The translations under genes and the position numbers were made by a program. From Eledone cirrhosa (taxonomy: Eukaryota), in contig OZ024756.1 of NCBI GenBank assembly GCA_964016885.1, positions 1,302,001 through 1,366,000 on the forward strand: DNA of 64,000 nt. Reading direction: 5' to 3'. A model generated the notes under the pieces. That model was not told where the DNA came from. It did not search any database and worked only from the letters and a program-made list of their open reading frames with translations. Below are positions 1 through 31,139 of this stretch, one piece after another. Each line of letters opens with the position of its first letter. Position 1 is the first letter of the stretch.

Positions 1-2215
1 GTAAACGCAGAAGTGGATATTTCAAAAAACGTTGCAACCGGAGGAAGACAGAAAGACGATACTTTGGTTCGTGGAAACGTTCCCGGACAAAGAACGGGAG
101 AAAACGAATAATACGTCATTAATAGGAGCGGTGAAAAACAATTACGCGCAAAGACAGAGCCACGTTTATGGTATAAAAGAGGTCGTAGACTAATGTTCTC
201 TTAGGTGGTGCATAGAGACGTTCTCTGGCAATGAACGAAAAAACGAAGATAATACGTCATATGTGGAACGTGGAGAACAATAGCACGCAAAGACAAAACC
301 ACGTAAATGGTATAGCAGAAGTCGTAGACTAAAATTCTAACTAGGAGACCAAATGAATCTCCGCTACAGAGTTAAGAACAAAGTAAATAAATACAATACA
401 GAAGTAATAGAAATAAATAAATACATACACGCAAACAGATACGTACATACACAAGCATACGCAAAACCTTACCATAGGTATACAACCACGCACATATAAA
501 TATGTGTGTGTGTGTATGCTTGTGTACAAATAAATAAATAATTAGATAAACGTATATAAGTAAATAAATACGTATATAACAAGCGCACACACATACCTAC
601 ATATAAATACACGAATGTTCGGAGACGTAAGTCAACTAAAACAAGAAGTACACATATACACACACCCACCATACGTACGAACCTGCCTACTCACGCAGAC
701 GCAAAACTCCCGTATACACATAGCCAAACCCTAAATACCTGAATATATAAACAGTATACGCCATAACAATCAAATATACGTACGAGAAGGTATACATACC
801 TTCACAAAACATACGGGTAATATATACTTACCTATGCAAATAAGTAAAGGAATAAACAAAACATATACTTAGCTCCCACATCAAGACGTAAAATATCCAC
901 GTATAGATCGTACTATCCGTTAGGATATAACGTGGGGCTGTAATACCGGAAAGTTTTGTGCAATTTATGTTTACAAGCCGAAATTGCCTCAGATTTTTTG
1001 TTTTAGATGTGGTCTGTGGCGTAGAGTATTTCCAGGGCCTCAGCGGCGCAGAGGTCACATGGTCTTTTAATCCGTTATACGATCTAGCCCTAGCTAGGGT
1101 CTCCCAGTATAACTTATATTGGGTGTGGTTGTCTTTTAGACTCCAGATATAAGCTGAAAGTGACGTCATATTCATTCTTAGAGGGTAACGAAAAGAAAGG
1201 GTATGCATGTAAAGACGCTGCTTGAAACTACTGGCGGTTAACCCTATGTAGGCCCTACGGGACGTGGGTCTTACAACCTTACATTTGTAGACAATGTTAC
1301 AGGAGAGGCATTTCCCGGATAGGGGGCAATCAGCCCGATTCCTACAATTACAGTTAGTACTAACTACAGGGTTGCAGGTGTTACTACGGCTAGGTAGTTT
1401 AGCTAAATTTGAAGCTGTGATGTTATGTGCAAGGTTAGGAGTCGTAGAGTAAGAAATTTTAATAGTATTTCTATTAAAAATGTTACTATATTTATGTGTA
1501 GGGGGAAAATGCTTCGTAATAAGGGAAAGAAAGGTCTTAGCTAATGGTGTGGCCACCTCCATATTATATGGTCGGTTAAACCAACAAATGCGACGGGATC
1601 TATTTCTTCTAGGTCTATTTTCGTACTCTGTATATGCTACCTTATCGACAAATCCACTTCGAGCAAGAGCTTCATTGTAATAAGTGGAATGGTCGTTGAA
1701 AATCCGCTCGTTGGTGGAAAGACGGGAAAGCCTCAACGAAACGTTTCTTACCAGGTTCTTGGTTATGCTGGCAGGATGGTTGGAATGCTTACTTATGTAA
1801 TTAAGCGTATCATTCGGCTTTCTATACGGGTAATACAACCCATTCAATAAATTGAGGGTAACGTTGAGGTAATTAACGACCGAGAGATTGGCCTCAACCT
1901 GTATAGAGAGGTTGAAGCCTTTAAAGAAGGCTGTGAGTTCTTTTCTGAACCTTTCGCAAGCACGAGGTCCACACTTAGTCATGGTTAAAAGACCATCGTC
2001 ACGGTACAAACCACCGCCCGCGTTGGGGAATTCGTCCTTGATAGAGAAAAGAAGGAAAAGGCCAATAAGATCAGTAACCTCCGCAGAGTCACTGGCGCCC
2101 ATACTCACGTCGAATGGGGTACTATTGGATTTTTTAATCCAAATAGAGTCGTCGAAATTAATCACCGACTTTCGGGCATTAAGGATGACATCAACTTCGA
2201 AATCCTTTTGGATAT
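1..2215 (-). mobile_element. Penelope-like retroelement, 5'-truncated (RT C-terminal half + GIY-YIG endonuclease + long 3' region); runs off the window start
   Basis: ORF 828-2165 has RT motifs FDVSMGASDSAE and LYRDDGL, a Cys linker CNCRNRADCPLSGKC, and GIY-YIG NIVYKC...AYIGLT. A frameshift near 1068 is shown by the second copy at 43.7-44.1 kb, which continues NKRPCDLCAAEALEIL. Confidence 0.9.
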
Positions 2216-4721
2216 AAAATACCGTTTTCTTTTGTTCTGGCAGCGGTTCGTTTGTCCACCCATTTCGCCTGCCTTTTGGTGTATGTGATGCTAGGTGTGT
2301 GTGTTATTTTTCTTTTTTCCTTTCCCTTTTCTTACTTTTTATTTGTAATATTATGATGTCGGTTATGTTGACAAATGAGGTTTAATATTATAAATAGAAG
2401 AATAAAAGACGTGTAGAATGTGAGTGATGGTTAGAAGAAGTATTGCTATGTTTCGTAATTACTTACCGCCACAGATCTTGCATATTCCACATTTCGCATG
2501 AGGTTATAGAATCCTCTGAAGAGTCCAGTACCGTACTGATACCCACCAGGGTTAGCATTGTTTGATGTTGGTGATGTGAGGCCACCAAGAAGGTTTTCAC
2601 TTAATAATCGTGGTAATGAACTTAGTGTCTTTTCTACTATATCAGACATATCTTTTCTTGCTAAGCTATTTATTTCACATTAACCTTTTTTTTACATTAA
2701 ACCGCCGTCAATGCTGAACAAATTATATAAAACATTGCGAAAAAACACAATCAACTTTTTAATAGAAATAAAAATACGAACTGGAATCCATGTCCAAAAA
2801 CAATAACATCAGCAACTTCCGGTACAAGTCATGTGTATATCATGACTGCCTATATGTGTGTATATGTATATTATGACTGTTTATATGTGGATATCATGAC
2901 TGCCTGTATGTGTATCATAACTTCCTGTGTGCTGTATATATGTGTTAGTCAGCTGCTTTAGTGGCAATAACAATGGTAGACAACTCTGTATGACTATATG
3001 TGAAATATATTCAGTGCCAATGAAGAATGATAATCTCCCATCGAACAGAGCCTTCACAAGACAAACTAAACATAGGGAACATATGTATATCTTTGCCTAA
3101 TACACTGGTCCTACCCACTTTCTGGTTTTCCTGTCGGTCTAGGTGAGCCCCCTAGGTTATAATTCTAAACGCATAACTTATTACACATGTAATTACGAAT
3201 CCTTAACTACAACAACGTAAAGAACACGCTTAATCTCTAATAAGACTAGAAGTTAAGACCAATCTCTTGTTTATTTAAAAAATATAATATTTCGGATAAA
3301 ATGGCAACTGCATCTAAAAAAAGTGTAGCCAATATTCCTTCGAATAAAAACGTTAATTTTTTTTACTTGCTTTCCCTACATCTTATTTAGTTGAGTCAGG
3401 TTTCAGTCAGGTGATGCATCTGCTTTCAAAAAGTCAAAATCGCCTTGATATAGAAAGAAGAGGTGATTTACGACTCTCTCTAACGGCTTTCACACTAAAC
3501 ATTGATAAATTAGTAGCCTTGCATCAATCACAGGGATCTCATTAAAAACCGATAATTATATTCTTTGATTTTTAAATATAAATATTGATATAAATATAAA
3601 TATTGAATCAACATGAGATCGATTATTACTCGAGTATATCATATATATAATTATATATAAAGTTGAAGTATGTCAGACATATCAACATATATATTATAAC
3701 CTTTAATAGCTACATGACATTCTGTGTATATCTTCCAATATAAAGATAACCTACTTTATTAGAGAATGTTATGTTATCATGTGTAAGATATATACATGTA
3801 AACTGGTAAATTACAGATATTGAAAAAATTATTTCTAATTATTATTATTTATTTGTATTATTCACAAGATTTTGTGAAGCTGATTATCTTTATGGCTTAG
3901 TTAGATAAAACTGAAATTGTTTATGACTGTCTACATAACCTCCTTCAAGGTTTACAATTTGTTGTAGTGATTTGTTTAGCTGTTATAATCAAATATAAAC
4001 CAAGATATAAAAAAAACTTGGATATGCAATAAAATATAACATGAACATGAATTGTAGGGCTTATACAAATAGATGTGTGTTTTGGTAGTTTGGGGAGAAA
4101 AATGTAATTATTGGGGGATGGCATGCTTAAAAGAATAAAGTGACAACAGCTTGGGGTCCTTCACTCCCATTTAGCTTACTATGCGTCCTGACACCAGCCA
4201 GGGCAATTTATAAGTTCCTATGCACTGATTGGTTGTCCAATTCAGAAATGCTATCACCGCCCCTGACATGTGCTGAGGAGTCCTATGTTTGGAGTGTTGT
4301 CTCTTGTAGTTATTCTCTTTAAATTGCAATCTATTTTAGTTTTATTTATTTTCTTCTTCACATGAATATTCTTTATCTGGAGTTGTACCCTCCTCTTCCT
4401 GTTGCTCCTCCCCTCGCCTCCCCTTCCTCTTCCTCCTTAGATCTCTATTGTTCCATGTATTGAATGCAAATTTTGTCCGAGTTTAAATTTTCTTATTTAT
4501 TTTCTTTACAACAAACATCTTTCTCTGTAGTTACACCCTTCTCCACTCCCCATGTTATTTATTCTATATAATATAGTGTGCAATGTTGACCTGCTTCACA
4601 TCATTACAACATTTTATGTTTATATACCACGTTTGGTAAATATACTAATATTATCGTTTAGTTTAAAATTATTACCTCTTTATATTGAACCATTACATTT
4701 CACATTTCGTTGGCAATAGTT

Positions 4722-4814
4722 CTGTTGCAGCAGGTACTGATTTAATTACACCTGTTTCAGTACATACTGATTAAATTACACCTCTTGCAGTAGATACTGA
4801 TTGAATTATACCTG
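4722..4814. repeat. 3 x 30-bp tandem repeat just upstream of the CYP start codon
   Basis: TACTGA recurs at 4735, 4765 and 4795; unit is approximately GTTGCAGYAGRTACTGATTNAATTAYACCT. Confidence 0.85.
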
Positions 4815-4875
4815 GATTTTGTCAAACTATTTTCTGGGGTCAATCACTTAACAACACTGAGACAAACAGATAACC

Positions 4876-21726
<16,851 letters not shown>

Positions 21727-21747
21727 TTATAAAAGATGTGTTTGATG

Positions 21748-21836
21748 AATAAAATGATAAAAATATTTTCCAGTAGAAGAGATTGGAACATTCTTTTAAT
21801 GTTGTGTAATTCTGATTTGTAACTGTATAAAATAAA
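21748..21836 (+). terminator. Candidate CYP polyadenylation signals (AATAAA at 21748 and 21831)
   Basis: Canonical hexamers shortly after the stop codon, in AT-rich context. Confidence 0.5.
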
Positions 21837-21910
21837 ATCTGTCAATTTTACATTATTTGTTAATATTGATACTTATTTGTTAATATGGATACTAATATAT
21901 ATATATGTAC

Positions 21911-24836
21911 ACACAAGCCAAGTAGATTATATCCTTACCAGGAGACGTGACAGAGTGTCTGTTGTAAACACTAAATCCCTCCCCCATGAAGAATGCACCT
22001 CTCAACATAGACTCATAATTAGCGACCTCATAGTCAGGACGAGACATATTCGACAACAGAAGAGGACTATCCTCAGGAGAGAAATATGGAAATTAAAGGA
22101 CCCCACAGCCAGTAATAAATTTAAAAGCATATTACTTGATGCATTTGATAGTAAGGAAGAGCAATTAGAGTTGTACAATATAGAGGAACAGTGGGAATTC
22201 CTGAAAGCTAACTTGCTGAAGGCGACAGATGAAACCTGTGGCTGGAGCAGGCCTATAGGCAGGAGGAGAGTAACTTGGTGGTGGAACAGTAAGGTGGAGA
22301 GGTCAATCAAGGCCAAAAAAGCAGGCTTGGAAAGCATGGCGGGATGGGGGAAGTAGAGAAGACTATCAAGTGGCCAGGAGGGAAGCTAGGAGACAAGTGT
22401 ACTTCGCAAGAAGGGAAGCAGAGCAAAGAAAGTTCAAGCATGTTCTACAACGCGAGGACCAAAAACGTGAGGTGTTCAGGATTGCTAGGCAATGTGTCAA
22501 GGAAAACAGTGATATTGTCGGGGAGAAGTATGTCCTTAATGATGATGGTGTACTTGCCATCACTGACGCTGATAAGAAGGTAGCTTGGAAGTGTCACTAC
22601 GAAAGGCTACTAAATGAGGAGAATAATTGGGAGAAAGACAGTCTCCCCCACATCGACCCAATAGAGGGACCAGCAGTGCAAGTTGAAGGTAGTATAATAA
22701 GTAAGGCGATCAAAGACATGAAGACGGGCAAGGCGGCCGGGCCTTCGGAAATAGTTGCCGAAATGCTGAAAGCATCTGGAACGGTGGGACGCACTATGGT
22801 CACCCGGATAGTAAACCAAGTCATACGGAATGGGGTCGTTCCGAAGGACTGGCGCAGCAGCATCATCATTAACTGCTACAAGGGTAAAGGTGATGCTCTA
22901 GATAGGGGAAACTATAGAGGCATTAAATTAATTGACCAGGTCATGAAGGTCACAGAAAAAGTAATAGCGCAACTAATCAGAGAGCGAATTGATCTAGACT
23001 ATATGCAGTTCGGTTTTGTGTCAGGTAAAAGTACAACAGACGCTCTTTTCATTGTACAAGAACTACAGCAGAAGTACCTAGCTAAAAGTAAACCCCTATA
23101 CTTAGTTTTTGTGGACTTGGAGAAAGCCTTTGACAGAGTACCCAGCTCGATTATCTGGTGGGCCCTTAGAAAACTAGGTGTTGATGAATGGCTTGTGAGA
23201 GCTATACAAGCCATGTATAAAGAAACAGTCAGCAAGGTTAGAATTAACAACGTATATAGTGAAGAGTTTAGCGTAAAAGTTGGTGTTTATCAGGGCTCCG
23301 TCCTTAGCCCCCTACTATTTATTATTGCCCTTCAGGCTATAACAGAGGAGTTCAAGACCGGCTGCCCATGGGAACTCCTATATGCAGATGACCTAACGCT
23401 CATAGCTAAATCAATGTCTGAACTAGAGAAGAAATTCCAAACATCGAAGCATGGCCTAGAATCAAAAGGCCTTAAAGTTAACTTGTCTAAGACTAAAGTT
23501 CTAGTTTGTAGGAAGGAAAATAGGGCACCGGTCCCATCTGGGAAATGGCCATGCTCAGTGTGTAGGAAAGGAGTAGGTAGAAACTCCATTTTATGTCCCA
23601 AATGCAAAGTATGGGTACATAAAAGATGTAGTGGGATCACAGGTAAGCTAACTAAGAATATAGATTTTATATGTGGCCGGTGCTCTGGTGCAATAAGTAG
23701 CAGCAAGTGCCCACAGAATACTAACTCATTCCATTGCACAGATGGTTCTATAGAAATAGTGGATAGCTTCCGTTACCTGGGTGACAAAATCAGCAGTGGG
23801 GGAGGGTGCTCTGAAAGTACAGTAGCTAGAGTCAGAACGGGATGGAAAAAGTTCAGAGAGCTTATACCACTATTGGCCGCTAAAGGGTTCTCTCTAAAAG
23901 TGAAAGGCAAGCTGTATGATGCCTGCATACAAACAGCAATGTTACATGGCAGTGAGACCTGGGCATTGTGTGCAGAGGATATACGCAGACTGGAGAGAAA
24001 CGAAGCTTGCATGCTCCGCTGGATGTGTAATAGTAATATACGTGAACGGCAAAGCATAAACGACCTAAGGGAGAAATTAGGAATAAGAGGGATCAGATGT
24101 TGTTTACTCGAGAGAAGACTACGTTGGTATGGTCACGTGATGCGCATGAAAGACGACAGCTGTATAAAAAAGTGCAGGGCAATAAAAATAGACGGTAGCC
24201 ACGGAGTAGGCAGACCAAGAAAAACCTGGGACGACTTGTTAAATTCCGACCTCACACACTTACACCTCTCCAAGACAATGTCACTGGACCGAGATCTTTG
24301 GCGCTACACAGTAATAGAGAAGACCCGCCTTACCTAAGTGCAAAGTGAAACCTACTACAGTCAGTAGGCACCTCTAACAAAATACCCCCCCCCCCTACCC
24401 TACCCCCCTTAAATGTGAAGTTATGTTGGTACCACAACATCCAGTCCGAAACAAATGAGGTCGTGTAGGTGATACGACAAAAAACACACAGTCCACGCTG
24501 TAATGTGGCCGTGTAGGTAACACGGTAAAAACCTCCCAGTCCACACTGAAAACGTGGTTGGTGTTGGGAAGGGCACCCAGCCGTAGAAAACCCGCCAGAC
24601 GTGTAGGTGTCAGGACAAAAAAACACACAGTCCACGCTGTAATGAGGCCGTATAGGTAACACGGTAAAAACCTCCCAGTCCAAAGTGGTTGGTGTTAGGA
24701 AGGGCATCCAGCCGTAGAAAGCCCGCCAGACAGTCCTATACGAGCAGGACAACAAATCTTGCCTCAAGTGGGAAAACTCCCGTCCAAACCCATGGAAGCG
24801 TGGAAGATAGACGTTAAACGATGATGATGATGATGA
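21911..24836 (+). mobile_element. RTE-clade LINE, 5'-truncated (end of APE domain + RT), with 3' UTR
   Basis: ORFs 21877-22356 (SQVDYIL...SQHRLI) and 22370-24337 (FVDLEKAFDRV, LLYADDL). The 3' UTR contains a ~140-bp duplication and ends GACGTTAAAC(GAT)n, then (TA)n. Confidence 0.93.
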
Positions 24837-24850
24837 TATATATATGTATA

Positions 24851-24890
<40 letters not shown>

Positions 24891-24934
24891 CGGAGGAGAC
24901 AATATGTCTATTTTATCTGTCTCCTCAAACTTAA

Positions 24935-25755
24935 AATCGCCAGTGGTTTCGACAATTTAACTAAAATAAAAAAATTAAATTAAATATAATTAAATAAATA
25001 GGGGTTCTCTTTTTCAAAGAGATATAGAAGGAAAATTAAAAAAGAATAATATGACACCTTACGTGTATCTCATGGGCCAGGATTGAACCTCAGTCCTCGT
25101 TTCAACCCTCACACCACAATTGAACACCCAGACCAGGATCTCACCATCTCTGGTACTTCTCACTAAGCTACAGAGACTGATACAAAGACTTAGTGAAAAT
25201 TAATATTTATAAACCTACTTTCAAAATAAAATAAATTAAATTAAATTATATTAAAAATAAAATGAAATAAATGGACATTACGGTTTTAAATTATAATATG
25301 TATATATATATATATTCCTTTGACATCTTTTAGAAAAAAAAATTGAAAAAGTTTCGTGAGAACCCCAATGTCTATTTATTTTATTTTATTCTTAAATAAA
25401 ATTAATTTTATTTTGAAAGTAGGCTTATAAATATTAATTTTCAGTAGACCTTGGTAGCAGTCTCGGTGGCTTAGTAGGAAGTACCAGCGATGGTGAGATC
25501 CTAGTCTGTAGGTTCAATCGTTGCTGGGAGACACATCTATTGATTCCAGTTCCTCAGAGAAATAACAACCCAACCAGGAACTGGGCATATCAGTGTATTG
25601 ACGAAGTTAAACACCTCAACAACATGTGTACTCGTCTCTACCACACTAATTCGGACTGCCTGAAGAGGTCACAGCCAAAGATGGCTGTCAACAAAATATA
25701 TATAGCAGAAATAAACAAAGCCAAATTTTAAATATTTGACTTATTTATTTTATTT

Positions 25756-25793
<38 letters not shown>

Positions 25794-26210
25794 TATTCCT
25801 TTGACATTTCTTAGAAAAAAAAAATGAAAAAGTTTCGTGAGTACCCCAGTGTCTATTTATTTTATTTTATTTTTAAATAAAATTAATAAAATTAATATTA
25901 TTTTGAAAGTAGGTTTATAGATATTAATTTTCAGTCGACCTTTGTAGCAGTCTTGGTGGCTTAGTGGGAAGTACCAGAGATGGTGAGATCCTTGTCTGTA
26001 AGTTCAATCCAGGACTCGGGTTTAATCCTTGCTTAGAGACATGTCTAATGTGTCCTATTAATCTTTTTTTAATTTTCCTTTTACATCTCTTAGAAAAAAC
26101 AGAAAATCTTTGGTGAGAACCCCAATATCTATTTATCTAATATAATTTAATTAATTCAATTTAATTTAATTTTTATTTTAGTTAAATTGTCGAAACCACT
26201 GGCGATTTTC
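24935..26210. mobile_element. Non-coding tandem (~481 bp) + inverted element with a tRNA-like module and a degenerate HHR
   Basis: Outer arms 24935-25270 and about 25860-26210 are inverted. TATATTCCTTTGACAT recurs at 25311 and 25792. tRNA-like module at 25460-25533; HHR-like motif at 25656-25708. Confidence 0.7.
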
Positions 26211-26645
26211 TTTAACTTTTTCTTTCTAAATTATTGTTCCATTTTTATAAATATATCGAGAACGATACTTTCTTTTAATTACTACACTCCCTTACCTCTT
26301 TTACTTCCGCATATAAGTGTACGTTGTGTGGGTGTGTTTATACGCGGGCCTTCATATTCTTATGATGTATCTATTGCCAAACAGAAAACCACATCATGTC
26401 TGTCTGTATTTTACAGACACACAGATACATTTGCCCTAAAATATATATTTACGCACACTTTTTCACTATACGTATACATTTGTACATACACATATATGCA
26501 CATCTGTGAGCGTATATACATACATATACACACACCTAACTATATTTCTTGAAAGATTTTTATATATTTCATATTGTAATTCATTTGTCTATATTTTTTT
26601 TGGCTTTTCTTGATGAGACTTTCCAAGTATTTAGCCATGTTTTAT

Positions 26646-26723
26646 ATTGCCTCGTCTGACGAACGAATGAAGACGTTTCTTTCGTATTCGCCTCATTCGG
26701 GAAACCTCTGGTAATGAGGTAAT
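26646..26723 (+). ncRNA. Type I hammerhead ribozyme
   Basis: Stem I ATTGCCTCGT/ATGAGGTAAT; core CTGACGA; stem II CGAATGA/TCATTCG; GAAA; stem III CC-tct-GG; GUA cleavage triplet. Confidence 0.8.
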
Positions 26724-26820
26724 TATATTGTATTGATTTTTATACATTAAATTTTGCTCTGGTACTTATATAGAGCACTCTTCACTTCTATGACCTTTTC
26801 TGTTTTCAACGGAAATTTCA

Positions 26821-27027
<207 letters not shown>

Positions 27028-27644
27028 CATATAGAGAGAATTGAGGTTGTTAATGGCACATGGAATATATAAGAGACAGAATACTTTTTTGTGAAAAAAC
27101 ATATTATTTTATAAGGTAAGGAAAGAATAAAAAGTTTCAATTTGAATGGGAAATTCCTGTTTCATCGATTTTCTCCGTAACCATGGAAGCTTGTACCTAA
27201 AAGTCGACCCAACACCTCCTCGGGTCATTCAGCATAACTGTGTAAATTTTCGCTGCATTCCACCAAGCCATTTCGACGTTTATCCGACTACACTTACTTA
27301 CTTACTTAAATATACAACGTCCGACCACTTCCAATTTATATAGTAGATATATATATAATATATTATATATATATAGTATATATATTATATATATATATTG
27401 AATATTATATATATATATATATATATTGAATATTATATATATATATTACAAATCTCAAATTTTAACTCTTCTTATTATACATTTTTCTTAACATTAATCA
27501 ACATTTCAAAAGATAGCTTTTGCAGACCCATCGAAACCGGTCATTTTTTATACCCTTTATTCTTTCCTTACCTTATAAAATAATGTTTTTTCACAAAAAA
27601 GTATTCTGTCTCTTATATATTCCATGTGCCATTACCAACCTCAA

Positions 27645-27750
<106 letters not shown>

Positions 27751-28045
27751 TGAAACAAAATGAAAACGAAATTTCATTTCTCACTCTTAGTATGGCACTT
27801 ACTTAAATGTAAGTATGCATGTATACGTACATACATATATGTATACAGACGTACAGTAGCATGCACATATATATATATATACATATATACATACATATGC
27901 ATACAGGTACACATACATATATGCACGTATCAGTTTAGCGGCGCTAACGTCGCTTTGTTCGTTTGTAAACAAACTGAACAGCCTGAATTTATGCCATACG
28001 GTGTTAAGGCAACCACGTCACCTTTTTGTTCAACACTGACACAGG

Positions 28046-28090
28046 AACGATGTACTAGTTTCAAGCTTGTTAGCTATCATCAGCACCGTT
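28046..28090 (-). ncRNA. Minimal type I hammerhead (464-bp unit)
   Basis: AACGGTG-CTGATGA-tAGCtaacaaGCTt-GAAA-CTAG-TA-CATCGTT. Confidence 0.85.
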
Positions 28091-28509
28091 TACCCATCTG
28101 CCAGATAGTTGAACGTTCGAAAGTATATACTTTCCTTATGAAAATTAACGGCTGAGCAGCCTAATTTGCATATTGAGTGAGTTAAATCGGTCAGGCATAC
28201 CGAAAACGATAAATTGAAACAAAATGAAAACGAAATTTCATTTCTCACTCTTAGTATGGCACTTACTTAAATGTAAGTATGCATGTATACGTACATACAT
28301 ATATGTATACAGACGTACAGTAGCATGCACATATATATATATATACATATATACATACATATGCATACAGGTACACATACATATATGCACGTATCAGTTT
28401 AGCGGCGCTAACGTCGCTTTGTTCGTTTGTAAACAAACTGAACAGCCTGAATTTATGCCATACGGTGTTAAGGCAACCACGTCACCTTTTTGTTCAACAC
28501 TGACACAGG

Positions 28510-28554
28510 AACGATGTACTAGTTTCAAGCTTGTTAGCTATCATCAGCACCGTT
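28510..28554 (-). ncRNA. Minimal type I hammerhead (464-bp unit)
   Basis: Identical motif, one unit downstream. Confidence 0.85.
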
Positions 28555-29092
28555 TACCCATCTGCCAGATAGTTGAACGTTCGAAAGTATATACTTTCCT
28601 TATGAAAATTAACGGCTGAGCAGCCTAATTTGCATATTGAGTGAGTTAAATCGGTCAGGCATACCGAAAACGATAAATTGAAACAAAATGAAAACGAAAT
28701 TTCATTTCTCACTCTTAGTATGGCACTTACTTAAATGTAAGTATGCATGTATACGTACATACATATATGTATACAGACGTACAGTAGCATGCACATATAT
28801 ACATATATACCTGTATGCATATGTATGTATATATGTATATATATATATATATGTGCATGCTACTGTACGTCTGTATACATATATGTATGTACGTATACAT
28901 GCATACTTACATTTAAGTAAGTGCCATACTAAGAGTGAGAAATGAAATTTCGTTTTCATTTTGTTTCAATTTATCGTTTTCGGTATGCCTGACCGATTTA
29001 ACTCACTCAATATGCAAATTAGGCTGCTCAGCCGTTAATTTTCATAAGGAAAGTATATACTTTCGAACGTTCAACTATCTGGCAGTTGGGTA

Positions 29093-29137
29093 AACGGTGC
29101 TGATGATAGCTAACAAGCTTGAAACTAGTACATCGTT
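29093..29137 (+). ncRNA. Minimal type I hammerhead (464-bp unit, inverted arm)
   Basis: CTGATGA 29100-29106, GAAA 29121-29124, CTAG, TA, stem I AACGGTG/CATCGTT. Confidence 0.85.
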
Positions 29138-29556
29138 CCTGTGTCAGTGTTGAACAAAAAGGTGACGTGGTTGCCTTAACACCGTATGGCATAAATTCAG
29201 GCTGTTCAGTTTGTTTACAAACGAACAAAGCGACGTTAGCGTCACTAAACTGATACGTGCATATATGTATGTGTACCTGTATGCATATGTATGTATATAT
29301 GTATATATATATATATGTGCATGCTACTGTACGTCTGTATACATATATGTATGTACGTATACATGCATACTTACATTTAAGTAAGTGCCATACTAAGAGT
29401 GAGAAATGAAATTTCGTTTTCATTTTGTTTCAATTTATCGTTTTCGGTATGCCTGACCGATTTAACTCACTCAATATGCAAATTAGGCTGCTCAGCCGTT
29501 AATTTTCATAAGGAAAGTATATACTTTCGAACGTTCAACTATCTGGCAGATGGGTA

Positions 29557-29601
29557 AACGGTGCTGATGATAGCTAACAAGCTTGAAACTAGTACATCGT
29601 T
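29557..29601 (+). ncRNA. Minimal type I hammerhead (464-bp unit, inverted arm)
   Basis: CTGATGA at 29564, same fold. Confidence 0.85.
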
Positions 29602-29833
29602 CCTGTGTCAGTGTTGAACAAAAAGGTGACGTGGTTGCCTTAACACCGTATGGCATAAATTCAGGCTGTTCAGTTTGTTTACAAACGAACAAAGCGACGT
29701 TAGCGCCGCTAAACTGATACGTGCATATATGTATGTGTACCTGTATGCATATGTATGTATATATGTATATATATATATATGTGCATGCTACTGTACGTCT
29801 GTATACATATATGTATGTACGTATACATGCATA

Positions 29834-29970
<137 letters not shown>

Positions 29971-30553
29971 TTGAGGTTGGTAATGGCACATGGAATATAT
30001 AAGAGACAGATTACTTTTTTGTGAAAAAACATAATTTTATAAGGTAAGGAAATAATAAAGGGTATAAAAAATGACCGGTTTCGATGGGTCTGCAAAAGCC
30101 ATCTTTTCAAATGTTGATTAATATTAAGAAAAATTAATAATACGAAGAGTTAAAATTTGAGACTTGAAAATTCAAGTATAAATTTCATTGTGGGATTTCA
30201 TAGCAGTTTTCATCTAGGTAGCAACAACAGGTTGACTGCTGTGTCCCTTTCTGGTAGTGAATGAGAAGTTATTTGGGGTGTGGGTTATTTTATAAAGGTG
30301 AGATTTAGCAATCACCAACTGGCCAGCTGCTGGTCAGTGAGGGGGTGGAAGCAATATACATACACATCTTCCTGTGATGGGTAGGAGAGTGGAGCGTGAT
30401 AGAAAGGGATTTAGTGCACTTACACCTATATATACACACATACCTACATCCACACATACATACATATACATATACATATATATATATACATATATATACA
30501 TATACACACATACATATACATACACACATACACACACACACATATATACACAT

Positions 30554-30620
<67 letters not shown>

Positions 30621-30659
30621 TATATATACATACACATACATCCAGATACACACATACAT

Positions 30660-30733
<74 letters not shown>

Positions 30734-30755
30734 CCCCACACATACATACACACAC

Positions 30756-30791
<36 letters not shown>

Positions 30792-31139
30792 GCATATATA
30801 TATATATATACACATACGCATACATCCAGATACCCACATACATACACACACACACACACACGCACACACAATACATACATCCACATGCACACACATACAC
30901 ACACACACACATATACACATACATACACCCACACACAGAGAAATGGCCTTCAAATATATATATATATATACATACAGACACATATATTTTTTCCATAATA
31001 TAAGAAGTTGGGGCAGTGAAATTAAAATAGAAGTCATTCTGATCACATTGAGTTCTTCATGTAGATTGGGCCCCGCAACCGACAGTGGTGAATTCTGTGT
31101 GCGCATATATATATAGATATATGTGTGTGCACGTGCAGG

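Noticed and set aside
2446-2649. 67-aa ORF MSDIVEKTLSS...
   Set aside because: No recognisable motif and no exon chain could be built.
27760-29423. Repeated 131-aa ORF MKTKFHFSLL...
   Set aside because: It includes microsatellite-derived YIYI and has no recognisable domain; it repeats only because the non-coding unit repeats.
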